This document shows positions 39,937 through 50,194 of a DNA stretch of 64,000 bases, in pieces; the stretch's first letter is position 1, and each line of letters begins with the position of its first letter. This DNA comes from Aequorivita sp. Its GTDB lineage: Bacteria > Bacteroidota > Bacteroidia > Flavobacteriales > Flavobacteriaceae. The position numbers were made by a program, and so were the translations under genes. Under the pieces are notes generated by a model that ran no database searches, had not been told where the DNA came from, and worked only from the letters and a program-made list of their open reading frames with translations. The DNA lies in contig PAZL01000003.1 in the NCBI GenBank assembly GCA_002715485.1, forward strand, positions 17,620 through 81,619, given 5' to 3'.

Positions 39937-40857
39937 TTATTTACCGGGAAGGTTTTTTTCTGCGTTTCCACTTATTTTAAAGGGAATTTCAGGTGTATTC
40001 TTATATAATTTTAACTCGATCACATCAGATGGTAAATTGAAATCGGCATTGGCCAATGCCTCTTTTACCTGTTTTATTATCATACCTCGCAATACCCGTG
40101 AAGCTCTTCTATAGTCAACAGTGTCTACCCAAAAGAATACTTTTAGGTTTACGGTACTTGCGGCAAGTTCATCTTCTATCACAAAATTTTCATGGGTTTC
40201 ATCACGAATTATTTCTTTGTTCTTATCCAAGACCTCCTGAATTACTCTTTTGGCTGCTTCAATATTATCTTCATAACCAATTCCAACGGTGAAATCAACC
40301 CTAAAAAAACCATCGGCGGTATAATTTTCAACCGGTTTGGTTAGCACGTCACTATTAGGGATATATATATCGCGGCCATCAAATGTTTTTATATGGGAAT
40401 ACCGAAAGCTTAAGGCCCTCACCTTTCCGAATATATTGTCTATTTTGATAGTATCATTAATATTAAATGGCCTATTAAAAGCAAGAATCACCCCCGCCAA
40501 AAAGTTTTTTCCAATATCCTGAAAGGCAAATCCCAAAATAATGGCGCCCCCGCCCACGGCCGTTAATACTCCTGTGGCTATGCCATCGAGTCCTGCAACG
40601 CGCAAGGCAATCATAATGGCAATTATAATTAAAATGATTTTAACCGCTTGGGCCAAAAACTTTGCCATTAGTGGATCTTCAGATTTTTGCTGGAATCGTC
40701 TTTTATAGAAGTTGGTCAACAATTGTGCAAGTAAAACCCCTAATATGATAACCAAAATAGCCAAAGCAATACGCGGAAGGATTTTTAGGAATTCTTCGTA
40801 ATAGTTCTGTAATGAATTTTGGATTGTTTCGCCCGGCGATTGTAAAAGTGGGAGCAT
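39937..40857 (-). CDS. MscS family mechanosensitive channel
   Basis: LGFAFQDIGKNFLAG, RPF, IPNS. Confidence 0.9.
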   Translation of the reverse strand: MLPLLQSPGETIQNSLQNYYEEFLKILPRIALAILVIILGVLLAQLLTNFYKRRFQQKSEDPLMAKFLAQAVKIILIIIAIMIALRVAGLDGIATGVLTAVGGGAIILGFAFQDIGKNFLAGVILAFNRPFNINDTIKIDNIFGKVRALSFRYSHIKTFDGRDIYIPNSDVLTKPVENYTADGFFRVDFTVGIGYEDNIEAAKRVIQEVLDKNKEIIRDETHENFVIEDELAASTVNLKVFFWVDTVDYRRASRVLRGMIIKQVKEALANADFNLPSDVIELKLYKNTPEIPFKISGNAEKNLPGK

Positions 40858-40970
40858 CTATTTTTTCTTTTAAAGATAACAATTATTCACTAAATAAATC
40901 TTCCCATAAAATAATCTTAAAGTATAGCGGAACGAGCTGCAACATGTATCTTTGCAAAAAAATAAAAGCT

Positions 40971-41249
40971 GTGGATCTTTCAGTAAAATCATTTAAATTA
41001 ATAAGCACATTAGAGGCTATCTCTTTTTTGGTTCTTTTGGGAATTGCAATGCCCCTAAAATACATTTGGCATATGCCGCAAATGGTGCAAGTAGTAGGAA
41101 TGGCGCACGGAGTGCTATTTGTGCTCTACGTTGGGGGTGCTCTGTATATGTATAAAAAGCTGAAATGGTCCATTACAGATTTATTTATTGTGGTAATGTG
41201 CTCCGTGTTACCTTTCGGCCCTTTTTATGTGGAACGTAAATATTTATAA
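40971..41249 (+). CDS. DUF3817 family membrane protein
   Basis: LEAISFLVLLGIAMPLKY...GMAHGVLF...LPFGPF; GTG start at 40971. Confidence 0.85.
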   Translation: MDLSVKSFKLISTLEAISFLVLLGIAMPLKYIWHMPQMVQVVGMAHGVLFVLYVGGALYMYKKLKWSITDLFIVVMCSVLPFGPFYVERKYL

Positions 41250-42532
41250 TGAATAAAGAAACAATTCAGGATTATAGTTGTCTTTTTCAGAATTACCTCG
41301 TTAGCGAAGGTATGGCTGTTGAATGGGCCATTTTTTTGAATGTTCTTTTAAACTGTATTATTGTTTTAACAGTAGTATTGATTCTTGACGTTATATTCAG
41401 AAAGTTTATTATTGAAACTTTCAAGGCTTTTAGCAATAAAACAAAAACCACCTTTGACGACTATTTGGTAAAAAGCAATTTTCCGAGATTCATAGCCCAT
41501 ACCCTACCACTGGGGATTATTTGGTACCTCATTCCTATCATTTTTATTGAATCACCATTTATGACAAACCTGCTGTTAATTGCAACTCAGGTGTATCTGG
41601 TCTTTCTCTGTGTCTATATTTTCAGGAGTATTTTACGTACAACACGAAATTATCTTGAAGAAAACGAGCGTTACCGCGACAAGCCCATGGAGAGCTATGT
41701 TCAGGTAATGATGATTTTTGCTTGGGGAATTGGAATCTTTTGGATTATCCAGCTTCTTACTGGGTTTTCAGTTGTTAGTCTTACCACTCTTGGTGCGGCT
41801 TCAGCAGTAATTCTTTTAATTTTTAAAGATACCATTTTAGGCTTTGTGGCAAGTATTCAAGTTTCCGTGAATGATATTGTTCGTATTGGTGATTGGATCA
41901 CGTTCAGCAAATTTGGGGCAGATGGATATGTAACCGAAATAAACCTTGCAACCGTTCGCGTACAAAACTGGGACAACACCTATACTACAATCCCTACCTA
42001 TAGTTTGATTGCCGATTCTTTTCAAAACTGGCGCGGAATGCAGGAAAGCGACGGCAGAAGAATTAAGCGCTCCATATATATAAAACAAACTTCCATAAAA
42101 TTTCTTTCAGTAGAAGATGTGGAGCGATTGAAAAAAATTCAATTGATCAAGCCTTATTTGGAGCATCGCCAAAAAGATGTTGACCGCTACAATGAGAAGA
42201 ACGAAATTAATAAAGAGCTATTAATAAACGGCAGAAACCAAACTAACCTTGGCGTTTTCAGATATTATGCCGATGCACTTTTAAATGAAAACTCTGCCAT
42301 CAATAAAAACCTTTTTTTAATGGTTAGGCACTTGGCACCTACCGATAAAGGAATCCCGATTGAAATATTTTGTTTTAGCAAAGACAAGACTTGGGTAAAT
42401 TATGAACATATTCAGGCTGATATTTTTGACCATCTTCTGGCCGCCATTCCTTATTTTGATCTTGAAATTTTTGAATTGCCAACAGGTAAGGATATTTCAT
42501 CTGGCGTCAATAGGCCAACTTTTGAAAATTAA
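41249..42532 (+). CDS. MscS family channel (YbdG/MscM-like)
   Basis: FKDTILGFVASIQ, NWRGMQESDGRRIKR, TNLGVFR, IQADIFDH. Confidence 0.92.
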   Translation: MNKETIQDYSCLFQNYLVSEGMAVEWAIFLNVLLNCIIVLTVVLILDVIFRKFIIETFKAFSNKTKTTFDDYLVKSNFPRFIAHTLPLGIIWYLIPIIFIESPFMTNLLLIATQVYLVFLCVYIFRSILRTTRNYLEENERYRDKPMESYVQVMMIFAWGIGIFWIIQLLTGFSVVSLTTLGAASAVILLIFKDTILGFVASIQVSVNDIVRIGDWITFSKFGADGYVTEINLATVRVQNWDNTYTTIPTYSLIADSFQNWRGMQESDGRRIKRSIYIKQTSIKFLSVEDVERLKKIQLIKPYLEHRQKDVDRYNEKNEINKELLINGRNQTNLGVFRYYADALLNENSAINKNLFLMVRHLAPTDKGIPIEIFCFSKDKTWVNYEHIQADIFDHLLAAIPYFDLEIFELPTGKDISSGVNRPTFEN

Positions 42533-42556
42533 AAGTATCTTTAATGCAAAAACCTT

Positions 42557-43627
42557 TTGGATTTAAAAGACTTTAAGACCTATCTGTACATTTTTGGAAT
42601 GTTGGCTGTAGCCTTAACTATTTTTCCCTTCGTGGCAGTAGATTATTGGTGGATTCGCATATTCGATTTTCCACATATACAGCTTACTATACTAACCTTC
42701 GTGGCACTTGTAGTTTTCTTTATGAGGTTTGAGGTAAAACGAATTAATGATTATCTTTTTACCGTTATCATTTCGGCATGTTTAGTAGTTCAGTTAATAA
42801 AGATTTATCCTTATACCCCTTTTGCCGAAAAGGATATTTATACAAGTGAAGAAATAAATCCCAAAGCTCCTATTTCGATTTATACAGCCAACGTACTTCA
42901 ATCAAATAAGAAGCGTGAATTGCTGATAGCAGATATAAAAGAGAAAAAACCAGATGTTATTCTTTTAGTGGAGACAGACACAAACTGGAGAGATTATGTA
43001 GTAGAACATTTAAACGATAATTATAAGTACAAAGTAGAAGCGCCGCAGGCCAATACATATGGTATGTTAATGTACTCAAAGTATAAATTGATTAATCCAC
43101 AAGTAAAGTTTTTGGTTGATAAAGGGATCCCTTCAATTCACACAAAAATGCTTCTTCCTTCAAAAGATACCATCCAGTTATATAGCATCCACCCCACACC
43201 TCCAATGCCTCAGCACAATCCTCTTTCTACCGATAGGGATTCTGAAATGATGAAAATTGCCAATTTAAGTAGAACATCCACGTATCCAGTATTAGTGATG
43301 GGTGATTTTAATGATGTGGCCTGGTCAAACACTACCTCCCTATTCCAAAACGTAGGTGAATTATTGGATATCCGAAAAGGCAGGGGTGTCTATAATACTT
43401 ATAATGCGAATAGCCTCATATTTAGGTGGCCTTTAGACCATATTTTTTGTTCCAAAGAGTTTAGACTAATTTCTTTGAAGTTGGGTGAAGACATAAATTC
43501 TGATCATTTACCAACTTATGCAAAATTTAGTTTTGAACCCGAAAAAGCAGCCGAACAACAACCAAAAAAACCTTCTGAAAGACAATTGAAAAATGCAAAA
43601 GAGCAGGCAGAGCGTGTTCAGCTCTAA
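42557..43627 (+). CDS. Endonuclease/exonuclease/phosphatase (EEP) family membrane protein
   Basis: N-terminal TMs; ANV, VET, GDFND, LDH, SDH. Confidence 0.9.
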   Translation: MDLKDFKTYLYIFGMLAVALTIFPFVAVDYWWIRIFDFPHIQLTILTFVALVVFFMRFEVKRINDYLFTVIISACLVVQLIKIYPYTPFAEKDIYTSEEINPKAPISIYTANVLQSNKKRELLIADIKEKKPDVILLVETDTNWRDYVVEHLNDNYKYKVEAPQANTYGMLMYSKYKLINPQVKFLVDKGIPSIHTKMLLPSKDTIQLYSIHPTPPMPQHNPLSTDRDSEMMKIANLSRTSTYPVLVMGDFNDVAWSNTTSLFQNVGELLDIRKGRGVYNTYNANSLIFRWPLDHIFCSKEFRLISLKLGEDINSDHLPTYAKFSFEPEKAAEQQPKKPSERQLKNAKEQAERVQL

Positions 43628-43639
43628 ACACTCAAAATT

Positions 43640-44527
43640 TTAAAATAAAGTATCTGGGTTGTCCATATTAGGTATATGCAGGTTAGTACCAAACCGTTCA
43701 TTAGCCTTTTTTATAAAATGTGCCGAAAGTAAGGGTGAGGCTTTTTCAATATTTTGGTGTACAAAAAAGTAAATGTTTTGCAGTCCTTGGTCTATCCAGG
43801 TTTCCAGACGGTCTATCCAATCATCAAGTCGAGAGTAATCGCTTTTGTGGTTAGCTCCGTTATAACGAATAAAGGCAGTGGGAGTGGTAAGCCGCATATG
43901 GAGTAAATCGCGCCTTCCTGCTGTATCAACAATAGCATTGGTAATGCTGTATTTTTCTAAAATACCATAGAGATCTTCGGCTACATCTTCATCGTTAAAC
44001 CAATTAGTGTGTCTAAATTCTATCGCAGGTTTTATATCTTTTGGGAGCATTTTGAAAAACGGTTCCAATCTTTCCATATTTTTTGGTCCGAAATTATCCG
44101 GAAGTTGTACAAAAGGCATTTCAAGCTTTTCTTTCAAGTTTGATGCATTCAGAATATATTCATTCAAAGAATCTTCGCAATCCTGAAGTCTTTTCCAATG
44201 CGATATTCCCTGAAAGAACTTAGGGAAAAACCTGAAATCATCGGGTGTCTTTTCATACCAACCTGCAAAAGTATCTGCCGGAAAAATTCTATAAAAAGTA
44301 GCATTCAGCTCAATACTGTTGAATTGGGTTGAATAATACGCCAGTTCATCCTTTGTACCTCGTGGGTAAAAGCCCTTCAAATCTGCTTTGTTCCATTTTG
44401 CGCACCCTACATACAAATTCGGACGGCTGGATGTTTTATATTTTGAAAGAACCTCTTTGGTTTCTGGGTGGTCTTTTGGCAATGTAAAGTCAATATTTCC
44501 AGGGTCGTCAACTTTTCCAAATTTCAT
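43640..44527 (-). CDS. DUF72 family protein
   Basis: MKFGKV, IELNATFY, EFRH, DTAGRRD. Confidence 0.9.
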   Translation of the reverse strand: MKFGKVDDPGNIDFTLPKDHPETKEVLSKYKTSSRPNLYVGCAKWNKADLKGFYPRGTKDELAYYSTQFNSIELNATFYRIFPADTFAGWYEKTPDDFRFFPKFFQGISHWKRLQDCEDSLNEYILNASNLKEKLEMPFVQLPDNFGPKNMERLEPFFKMLPKDIKPAIEFRHTNWFNDEDVAEDLYGILEKYSITNAIVDTAGRRDLLHMRLTTPTAFIRYNGANHKSDYSRLDDWIDRLETWIDQGLQNIYFFVHQNIEKASPLLSAHFIKKANERFGTNLHIPNMDNPDTLF

Positions 44528-44584
44528 GATTTTCAGTTTTTAGTAAAGATACTTTTTAAATCAAATTTCAAAAAAATATTAACC

Positions 44585-44612
44585 TGTAACTTTTTATCAA
44601 GCTGTTAGTCTT
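44585..44612 (+). promoter_or_regulatory. ECF-sigma-type promoter
   Basis: TGTAAC-N16-AGTCTT, 28 nt upstream of ATG 44641. Confidence 0.55.
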
Positions 44613-44640
44613 ATATTTACTGAAACTTAAAAAATCATTT

Positions 44641-45399
44641 ATGAAAATCATTAAAACACTTACCCTTGCCTTTTTAATAACCGCCATGGCTCCCGTATCT
44701 GCGCAAACTGCCGATGAAATAATCAATAACTATTTCGAAAATACCGGTGGTAAAGCAGCTTGGGAAAATTTAAAAAGCTCAAAAATGACAGCAACCGCCC
44801 AAGCCCAGGGAATGGAAATTCCGGTAGAGGTTTATCAAACCAAGGACGGCAAACAATTGATAAAAATTAATTTTCAAGGTCAGGATATAACGCAATTGGC
44901 TTTTGATGGCGAAACTATGTGGAGCACTAACTTTATGACAATGCAACCTGAAAAAAGCGATGCCGAAGCTACTGCAAACATGAAAAAACAAACAAAAGAT
45001 TTTCCATCACCTTTTTTGAATTATAAAGAGAAAGGTTTCACGGCTGAACTGATGGGTAAAGAAACTAAAGATGGTACCGAAACTTATAAAATAAAACTTA
45101 CTCAGTCCCCTATCATGGTGGACGGTGTTGAGCAGCAAAATGTAAGCTATCATTATTTTGATACTGAAACATTTGTGCCGATTGTGGTGGAAAATGAAAT
45201 ATTTCAAGGCCCAATGAAAGGCCAAATGAATGTAAGCACAATGAGTGACTATCAAGAAGTTGATGGTTTATATTTTCCATTTTCACTTAGTATGGGCGGG
45301 CAGGCAATTCAATTAAAGGAAATTATTATAAATCCTGAAATTGATGACGCGATGTTTGCATTTCCTGCTACTGCAACAGAAGCTGTTAAAAAAGAATAA
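44641..45399 (+). CDS. LolA-like outer-membrane lipoprotein-sorting protein
   Basis: Signal peptide; AQTADEIINNYFENTGG...SDYQEVDGLYFP. Confidence 0.8.
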   Translation: MKIIKTLTLAFLITAMAPVSAQTADEIINNYFENTGGKAAWENLKSSKMTATAQAQGMEIPVEVYQTKDGKQLIKINFQGQDITQLAFDGETMWSTNFMTMQPEKSDAEATANMKKQTKDFPSPFLNYKEKGFTAELMGKETKDGTETYKIKLTQSPIMVDGVEQQNVSYHYFDTETFVPIVVENEIFQGPMKGQMNVSTMSDYQEVDGLYFPFSLSMGGQAIQLKEIIINPEIDDAMFAFPATATEAVKKE

Positions 45400-45414
45400 T
45401 TTTTCCTGCTTATT

Positions 45415-45445
45415 AAAAATCCCTGCTAGTCGGGGATTTTTTTTT
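45415..45445 (+). terminator. Intercistronic intrinsic terminator
   Basis: AAAAATCCCTG-CTAGT-CGGGGATTTTTTTTT. Confidence 0.75.
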
Positions 45446-45475
45446 CAACAATATATAAAACTAAAACCCTCCAAA

Positions 45476-48400
45476 ATGAAATATTTCATCTTTACGTTCC
45501 TTCTCATCTTTTCAGGTTTTATAGCTCCAGCACAAGACACAGCTTTAAAAGGAAAAGAGCTTTTTGGCAATATGAAGGCTAGGCATATCGGTCCTGCGCT
45601 TATGAGTGGTCGCATAAACGATCTTGAAAACCACCCTACCAATGCACGTATTATTTACGCAGGTGCCGCAGGTGGCGGTGTTTGGAAATCTACTGATGGG
45701 GGCGCAACATTCGCCCCAATTTTTGATGAACACGCTCAATCCATTGGGACTATAACCTTAGACCCAAAAAACCCTGACGAAGTTATTTGGGTCGGAACAG
45801 GCGAAACTTGGACACGAAACTCAGTTTCTGTGGGTAACGGTCTTTTTAAATCTATAGATGGTGGAAATAATTGGAAGGAAATTCCAGGTTTTGAGAATTC
45901 TGAAAGAATTGCTTCCATTGTAATAAATCCAAACAATACAGATGAAGTTTATGTAGGTGTTTTGGGGGCTCTTTGGAGTGATAGCGAAGACCGCGGTGTT
46001 TACAAAACAACAGACGGTGGAAAAACGTGGGAAAAAGTCTTATACGTAGGGCCTTCAACCGGTGTTTCAGATATTTTAATGGACTCTGAAAATCCGAATG
46101 TTCTTTTTGCTTCGATGTGGCAATTCAGAAGGACCGCTTGGGGGTTCAATTCAGGAGGAGAAAACAGTGCAATTTATAAGTCAACAGACGGAGGAAAGAC
46201 TTGGAGTAAGTTGACAAATAATCTTCCATCTGGAAAATTAGGACGAATCGGGATTGCAATGGCTCCAAGTAATAGTAAAATAATTTATGCCGTTATTGAA
46301 ACTGGCGAAAAGGAAACCAACGGTCTTTGGCGATCAAATGACAGTGGCAATTCGTGGAAACATTTAAATAATGATTTTGGACTCACCGTTCGTCCTTTTT
46401 ACTTTTCACGTATCACGGTAGATCCCAAAAATCCTGATATAATTGTAAAAGGAGGTTTAACTGGTTCCATAAGTCGTGACGGGGGTAAAACCTTTAAAAA
46501 TCTTGGCAACATGCACAGTGATATACACGACATTATTTTTGATATAAACAATAACGATATCATCTACTCAGGAACAGATGGTGGAGTTTATCGCTCATGG
46601 AATGGTGGCTCTACTTTTGAAATTGTCGAAAATCTTCCACTTTCGCAGTTTTATCACATAAGTGTTGACGATGCCGAACCTTACAATGTGTATGGAGGTC
46701 TGCAGGATAATGGCTCTTGGTATGGCCCCTCCTCTGCTCCTGGCGGTGTTTCCGCAAGGCATTGGAACAGTATTGGCTATGGTGATGGTTTTAGGGTCTT
46801 AAAACATCCTACAAAGAATATTATTTATTCCGAAATGCAGGGCGCAGCAAACGTTTGGCGTTATGATGTGGACCAAAACAGAACCACTACCGTACAGCCG
46901 CAACCTAAAAAAGGTGATCCAGAACTTCGATTCAATTGGAATGCGCCTATGGCTGTGAGCAATTTCGCTCCAGACAGGTTTTATATGGGAAGCCAATTTT
47001 TGCACCGTTCCGAAGATATGGGAGATAGTTGGACTATAATTTCTCCAGATTTAACTACAAATGATAAAGCGAAACAAGATCAAGCCAATTCTGGGGGGCT
47101 TTCCGTAGATAACAGCGGTGCGGAAAAGCACACTACAATTTTTACAATTGCAGAATCTCCATTGGACGAAAATATTATTTGGGTGGGCACAGATGACGGC
47201 AATGTACAGCTAACGACCGATGGCGGAAAAACCTGGACCAACCTTACCGAAAATCTCGTAGGGATTCCTAAAAACACTTGGGTTTATCATATTGAAGCTA
47301 GTGTACATGGTAAAGGAACTGCCTATGCGGTTTTTGAAGGCCACACTACAGGCGATATGAAACCATACACTTTAAAGACTACTGACTTTGGAAAAACTTG
47401 GAAGTCTATAATTTCAGAAGATATTGATTCAAAAGCTTTCGTAAGAAATATTCAAGAGGATTATGTGAACGAAGATTTGCTTTTTCTTGGAACCGAATTT
47501 GGTCTTTATGTTACAATTGACGGCGGAAAAAATTGGTCTCAGTTTACAAATAATATGCCCCCGGTAGCTGTTCATTTCATTGATCTTCAAAAAAGAACCA
47601 ATGATTTGGTAATGGGCACACACGGTCGTGGTGTAATCATTATTGATGATATCAGCCCTTTACGTGAATTAAACTCTGAAATATTAAATAAGGACGTTCA
47701 TTTCTTTAAAACTGAGCCCTTCACAATGACTGAAGATAGTGGTTTCAGTGGAAGTTTTGGAGCTGAAACCCAATTTGTTGGTGAAAATAAAAACACCAAT
47801 GCCCAAATTGTATATTACTTAAAAAAGCGCCATACGTTCGGAAAAATGGAAATGGAGGTTCAAGATATGCAAGGCAATAAAATAACCACACTTAATCCGG
47901 GAAAATCAAAAGGAATTAATGTAGTAAGCTGGGATTTTACAACTGCGGCTCCTAAAATGGCGCAAGCCAAAACCCTAGCATTTAGTGGTTTTACCGCTCC
48001 TAGAGTTCCTGCAGGTAAATATAAAATAGTTCTGACAAAAGGGAAGGAAACCTATACCCATAACATTGAAGTTAAATATGATGAAAAATCAGTCACCACT
48101 TTAGAACAGCGAAAAGAACAGGAAGCCCTTACCAACAAATTATTCAATATGGTAGAGGATTTGGCGTATATGGTTTATGAAATCAATGAAACACAAGCAA
48201 AAGCTACTGAAGTAATTGAGAATAATCCAAAAGGGAAAAAAGAAGCCCAAAAGCTATTTGATGCTTTGGAGAACCTTCGGAAAGACTTGGTAATTACCAC
48301 TGGCGATAATTATGTTGCCTCTGCAGAACCTGAATTACGTGAAAAAATGGGCGACCTTTACAGCAATGTAGCTTCTAATTTTAATAAAGTTTCTGGGGCT

Positions 48401-48565
48401 TCCAAAGCTAATTTTGAATTGATTTCCGATGATTTTTCAAAAGCAAAAAAGCGTTACGAAACTATAATGGAAAAGGAAGGTAAAAAATTCAATTCATTTT
48501 TAGAGAAAAATAACATTACAAGACCTGAAATTCAAAGCAAGGAAGAATTTTTGAAGAAAGGATAA
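45476..48565 (+). CDS. VPS10/BNR-repeat (Asp-box) exported glycosyl-hydrolase-like protein
   Basis: Start MKYFIF at 45476; RHIGPALMSGRI; many SxDGGxTW repeats; GGLQDNG; ATHGRG-like motif. Confidence 0.88.
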   Translation: MKYFIFTFLLIFSGFIAPAQDTALKGKELFGNMKARHIGPALMSGRINDLENHPTNARIIYAGAAGGGVWKSTDGGATFAPIFDEHAQSIGTITLDPKNPDEVIWVGTGETWTRNSVSVGNGLFKSIDGGNNWKEIPGFENSERIASIVINPNNTDEVYVGVLGALWSDSEDRGVYKTTDGGKTWEKVLYVGPSTGVSDILMDSENPNVLFASMWQFRRTAWGFNSGGENSAIYKSTDGGKTWSKLTNNLPSGKLGRIGIAMAPSNSKIIYAVIETGEKETNGLWRSNDSGNSWKHLNNDFGLTVRPFYFSRITVDPKNPDIIVKGGLTGSISRDGGKTFKNLGNMHSDIHDIIFDINNNDIIYSGTDGGVYRSWNGGSTFEIVENLPLSQFYHISVDDAEPYNVYGGLQDNGSWYGPSSAPGGVSARHWNSIGYGDGFRVLKHPTKNIIYSEMQGAANVWRYDVDQNRTTTVQPQPKKGDPELRFNWNAPMAVSNFAPDRFYMGSQFLHRSEDMGDSWTIISPDLTTNDKAKQDQANSGGLSVDNSGAEKHTTIFTIAESPLDENIIWVGTDDGNVQLTTDGGKTWTNLTENLVGIPKNTWVYHIEASVHGKGTAYAVFEGHTTGDMKPYTLKTTDFGKTWKSIISEDIDSKAFVRNIQEDYVNEDLLFLGTEFGLYVTIDGGKNWSQFTNNMPPVAVHFIDLQKRTNDLVMGTHGRGVIIIDDISPLRELNSEILNKDVHFFKTEPFTMTEDSGFSGSFGAETQFVGENKNTNAQIVYYLKKRHTFGKMEMEVQDMQGNKITTLNPGKSKGINVVSWDFTTAAPKMAQAKTLAFSGFTAPRVPAGKYKIVLTKGKETYTHNIEVKYDEKSVTTLEQRKEQEALTNKLFNMVEDLAYMVYEINETQAKATEVIENNPKGKKEAQKLFDALENLRKDLVITTGDNYVASAEPELREKMGDLYSNVASNFNKVSGASKANFELISDDFSKAKKRYETIMEKEGKKFNSFLEKNNITRPEIQSKEEFLKKG

Positions 48566-48574
48566 TTTATTACC

Positions 48575-48607
48575 AAACCTAGCAGGTCTCTGGGACCTGT
48601 TAGGTTT
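48575..48607. repeat. Flavobacterial REP-like palindrome / bidirectional terminator
   Basis: AAACCTAGCAGGTC-TCTGG-GACCTGTTAGGTTT between convergent genes. Confidence 0.6.
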
Positions 48608-48615
48608 TTTATTCT

Positions 48616-49977
48616 CTATTTATTGATAAATATCGTTTTTCGATTCACAAACTCCCGAATACCGTGTTCGCTAAGCTCGCGGCCATAACCACTTTGCTTA
48701 ATTCCACCAAAGGGCAATCGCGGATCGCTTTTTACCAATTCATTTACAAATACCGCTCCTTCGTCAAAGCGGAAAGCCAGCTTTTCAGCTTCCGCAATAT
48801 TCTTTGTAAAAATGGAAACCCCCAGTCCAAATTTTGAAGAATTTGAAAGCGCAATTGCCTCTTCCACAGTTTTAAAAGTTGTAACCGAAAGCACTGGTCC
48901 GAATGTTTCTTCTTTAAATGCAGTCATTTCTTCAAAAACATTTGTAAGTACCGTAGGTTCAAAATACGCACCCTGCCGCTTTCCTCCTATCACAATTTTA
49001 GCACCCGCTTTTACGGAAGTATTTACCTGTTTTTCCAAATCCTTTGCAAGATCTTCCCTTGCCAAAGTTCCAACGTAGGTTTCTTGGTCCATTGGGTCAC
49101 CGCTTTTAAGTTCGCGTACTTTTATCAGCATTTTTTCAATAAACTCATCAGCAATTGATTCATCAATCAACAACCTTTTTCCTGCAATACAACTCTGCCC
49201 AGTATTTTGGAATCGGGCCTGCACGCAAGTTTCTATAGTTTTGTCCATCTCGCAATCTTCTAGCACTACCAAAGCATTGCTTCCACCCAGTTCCAAAACT
49301 GTTTTTTTAATATTTTTTCCTGCAATAGAAGCAACAGAAGAGCCCGCAGGCCCACTTCCTGTTAGTGTTACAGCCTTTATCTCTTCGTTCTCAATAATTT
49401 TTTCAACAGCATCACTTCCGACCAATAGTGTAGTAAAACAGTTTTCCGGAAAACCAGCCCTTTTAAAAACCTTTTCAATATTCAGCGCACTGCCAAAAAC
49501 ATTGGAGGCATGTTTTAAAACACCTATATTTCCAGCCATCAAAGCAGGTGCAGCAAATCTAAAAACCTGCCAAAAAGGATAGTTCCACGGCATAATTGCG
49601 AGCACAACCCCCAAAGGCTCAAAACTTACGTAACTTTTGTGGGCATCAGTTTTTATTGCTTCATCTTGAAGTTGCTTTTCAGCGTTCTCTGCATAATATT
49701 CACACACCCAAGCACACTTTTCAATCTCCGCAATGGCTTGTGAAATAGGTTTCCCCATTTCCATAGTCATAGTTTCGGCATACTCTTTTTTGTTTTTTTT
49801 CAATTCTGAAGCTGCAGCCAACATTAGCTTCTTTCTTTCTGAAAATGAAGTTTCACGCCAACTATAAAAACGCCTGTTGGCATTATCAATTATTTCGGAA
49901 ATCTCTTTGTTAGTGTGGTTTTTATATGATTTCAATTCCTTTCCGTTATAAGGATTAATGGAAGTGGTTGTACTCAT
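48616..49977 (-). CDS. NAD(P)-dependent succinate-semialdehyde dehydrogenase (Sad/GabD1-like)
   Basis: IMPWNYPFWQ, LTGS, LELGGS, GQSC, EETFGP, PFGGIKQSG; ATG at 49977. Confidence 0.9.
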   Translation of the reverse strand: MSTTTSINPYNGKELKSYKNHTNKEISEIIDNANRRFYSWRETSFSERKKLMLAAASELKKNKKEYAETMTMEMGKPISQAIAEIEKCAWVCEYYAENAEKQLQDEAIKTDAHKSYVSFEPLGVVLAIMPWNYPFWQVFRFAAPALMAGNIGVLKHASNVFGSALNIEKVFKRAGFPENCFTTLLVGSDAVEKIIENEEIKAVTLTGSGPAGSSVASIAGKNIKKTVLELGGSNALVVLEDCEMDKTIETCVQARFQNTGQSCIAGKRLLIDESIADEFIEKMLIKVRELKSGDPMDQETYVGTLAREDLAKDLEKQVNTSVKAGAKIVIGGKRQGAYFEPTVLTNVFEEMTAFKEETFGPVLSVTTFKTVEEAIALSNSSKFGLGVSIFTKNIAEAEKLAFRFDEGAVFVNELVKSDPRLPFGGIKQSGYGRELSEHGIREFVNRKTIFINK

Positions 49978-50194
49978 GGTTTTTTCTTTTAAAAGTATTG
50001 AAAACATTAGGAACCTTACATTCGATTAAGATGATTTTAACGCCCCGATTGTTAAAAATAAACCTGTGAAACCCGCGTTACCTTTTCAGGATTGTGATAC
50101 ATTTGCGTAAATTTTTAATTTAAAAACCAACCAATACATTTACAAACTTTTTTCCCGAATAATTATAAAGGGATTTTTAATACATCTATTACAA

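Noticed and set aside
40812-40970. N-terminal extension of the DUF3817 ORF
   Set aside because: It overlaps the divergent mscS start and promoter; the family motif begins after GTG 40971.
45341-45475. 45-aa N-terminal extension of the VPS10 ORF in the ORF track
   Set aside because: It overlaps the upstream gene and spans a terminator; the signal peptide begins at ATG 45476.
50100-50194. Glycine riboswitch upstream of gcvT
   Set aside because: The leader is short and AT-rich, with no GGAGA / CCGAAG / CTCTCAGG aptamer signatures.
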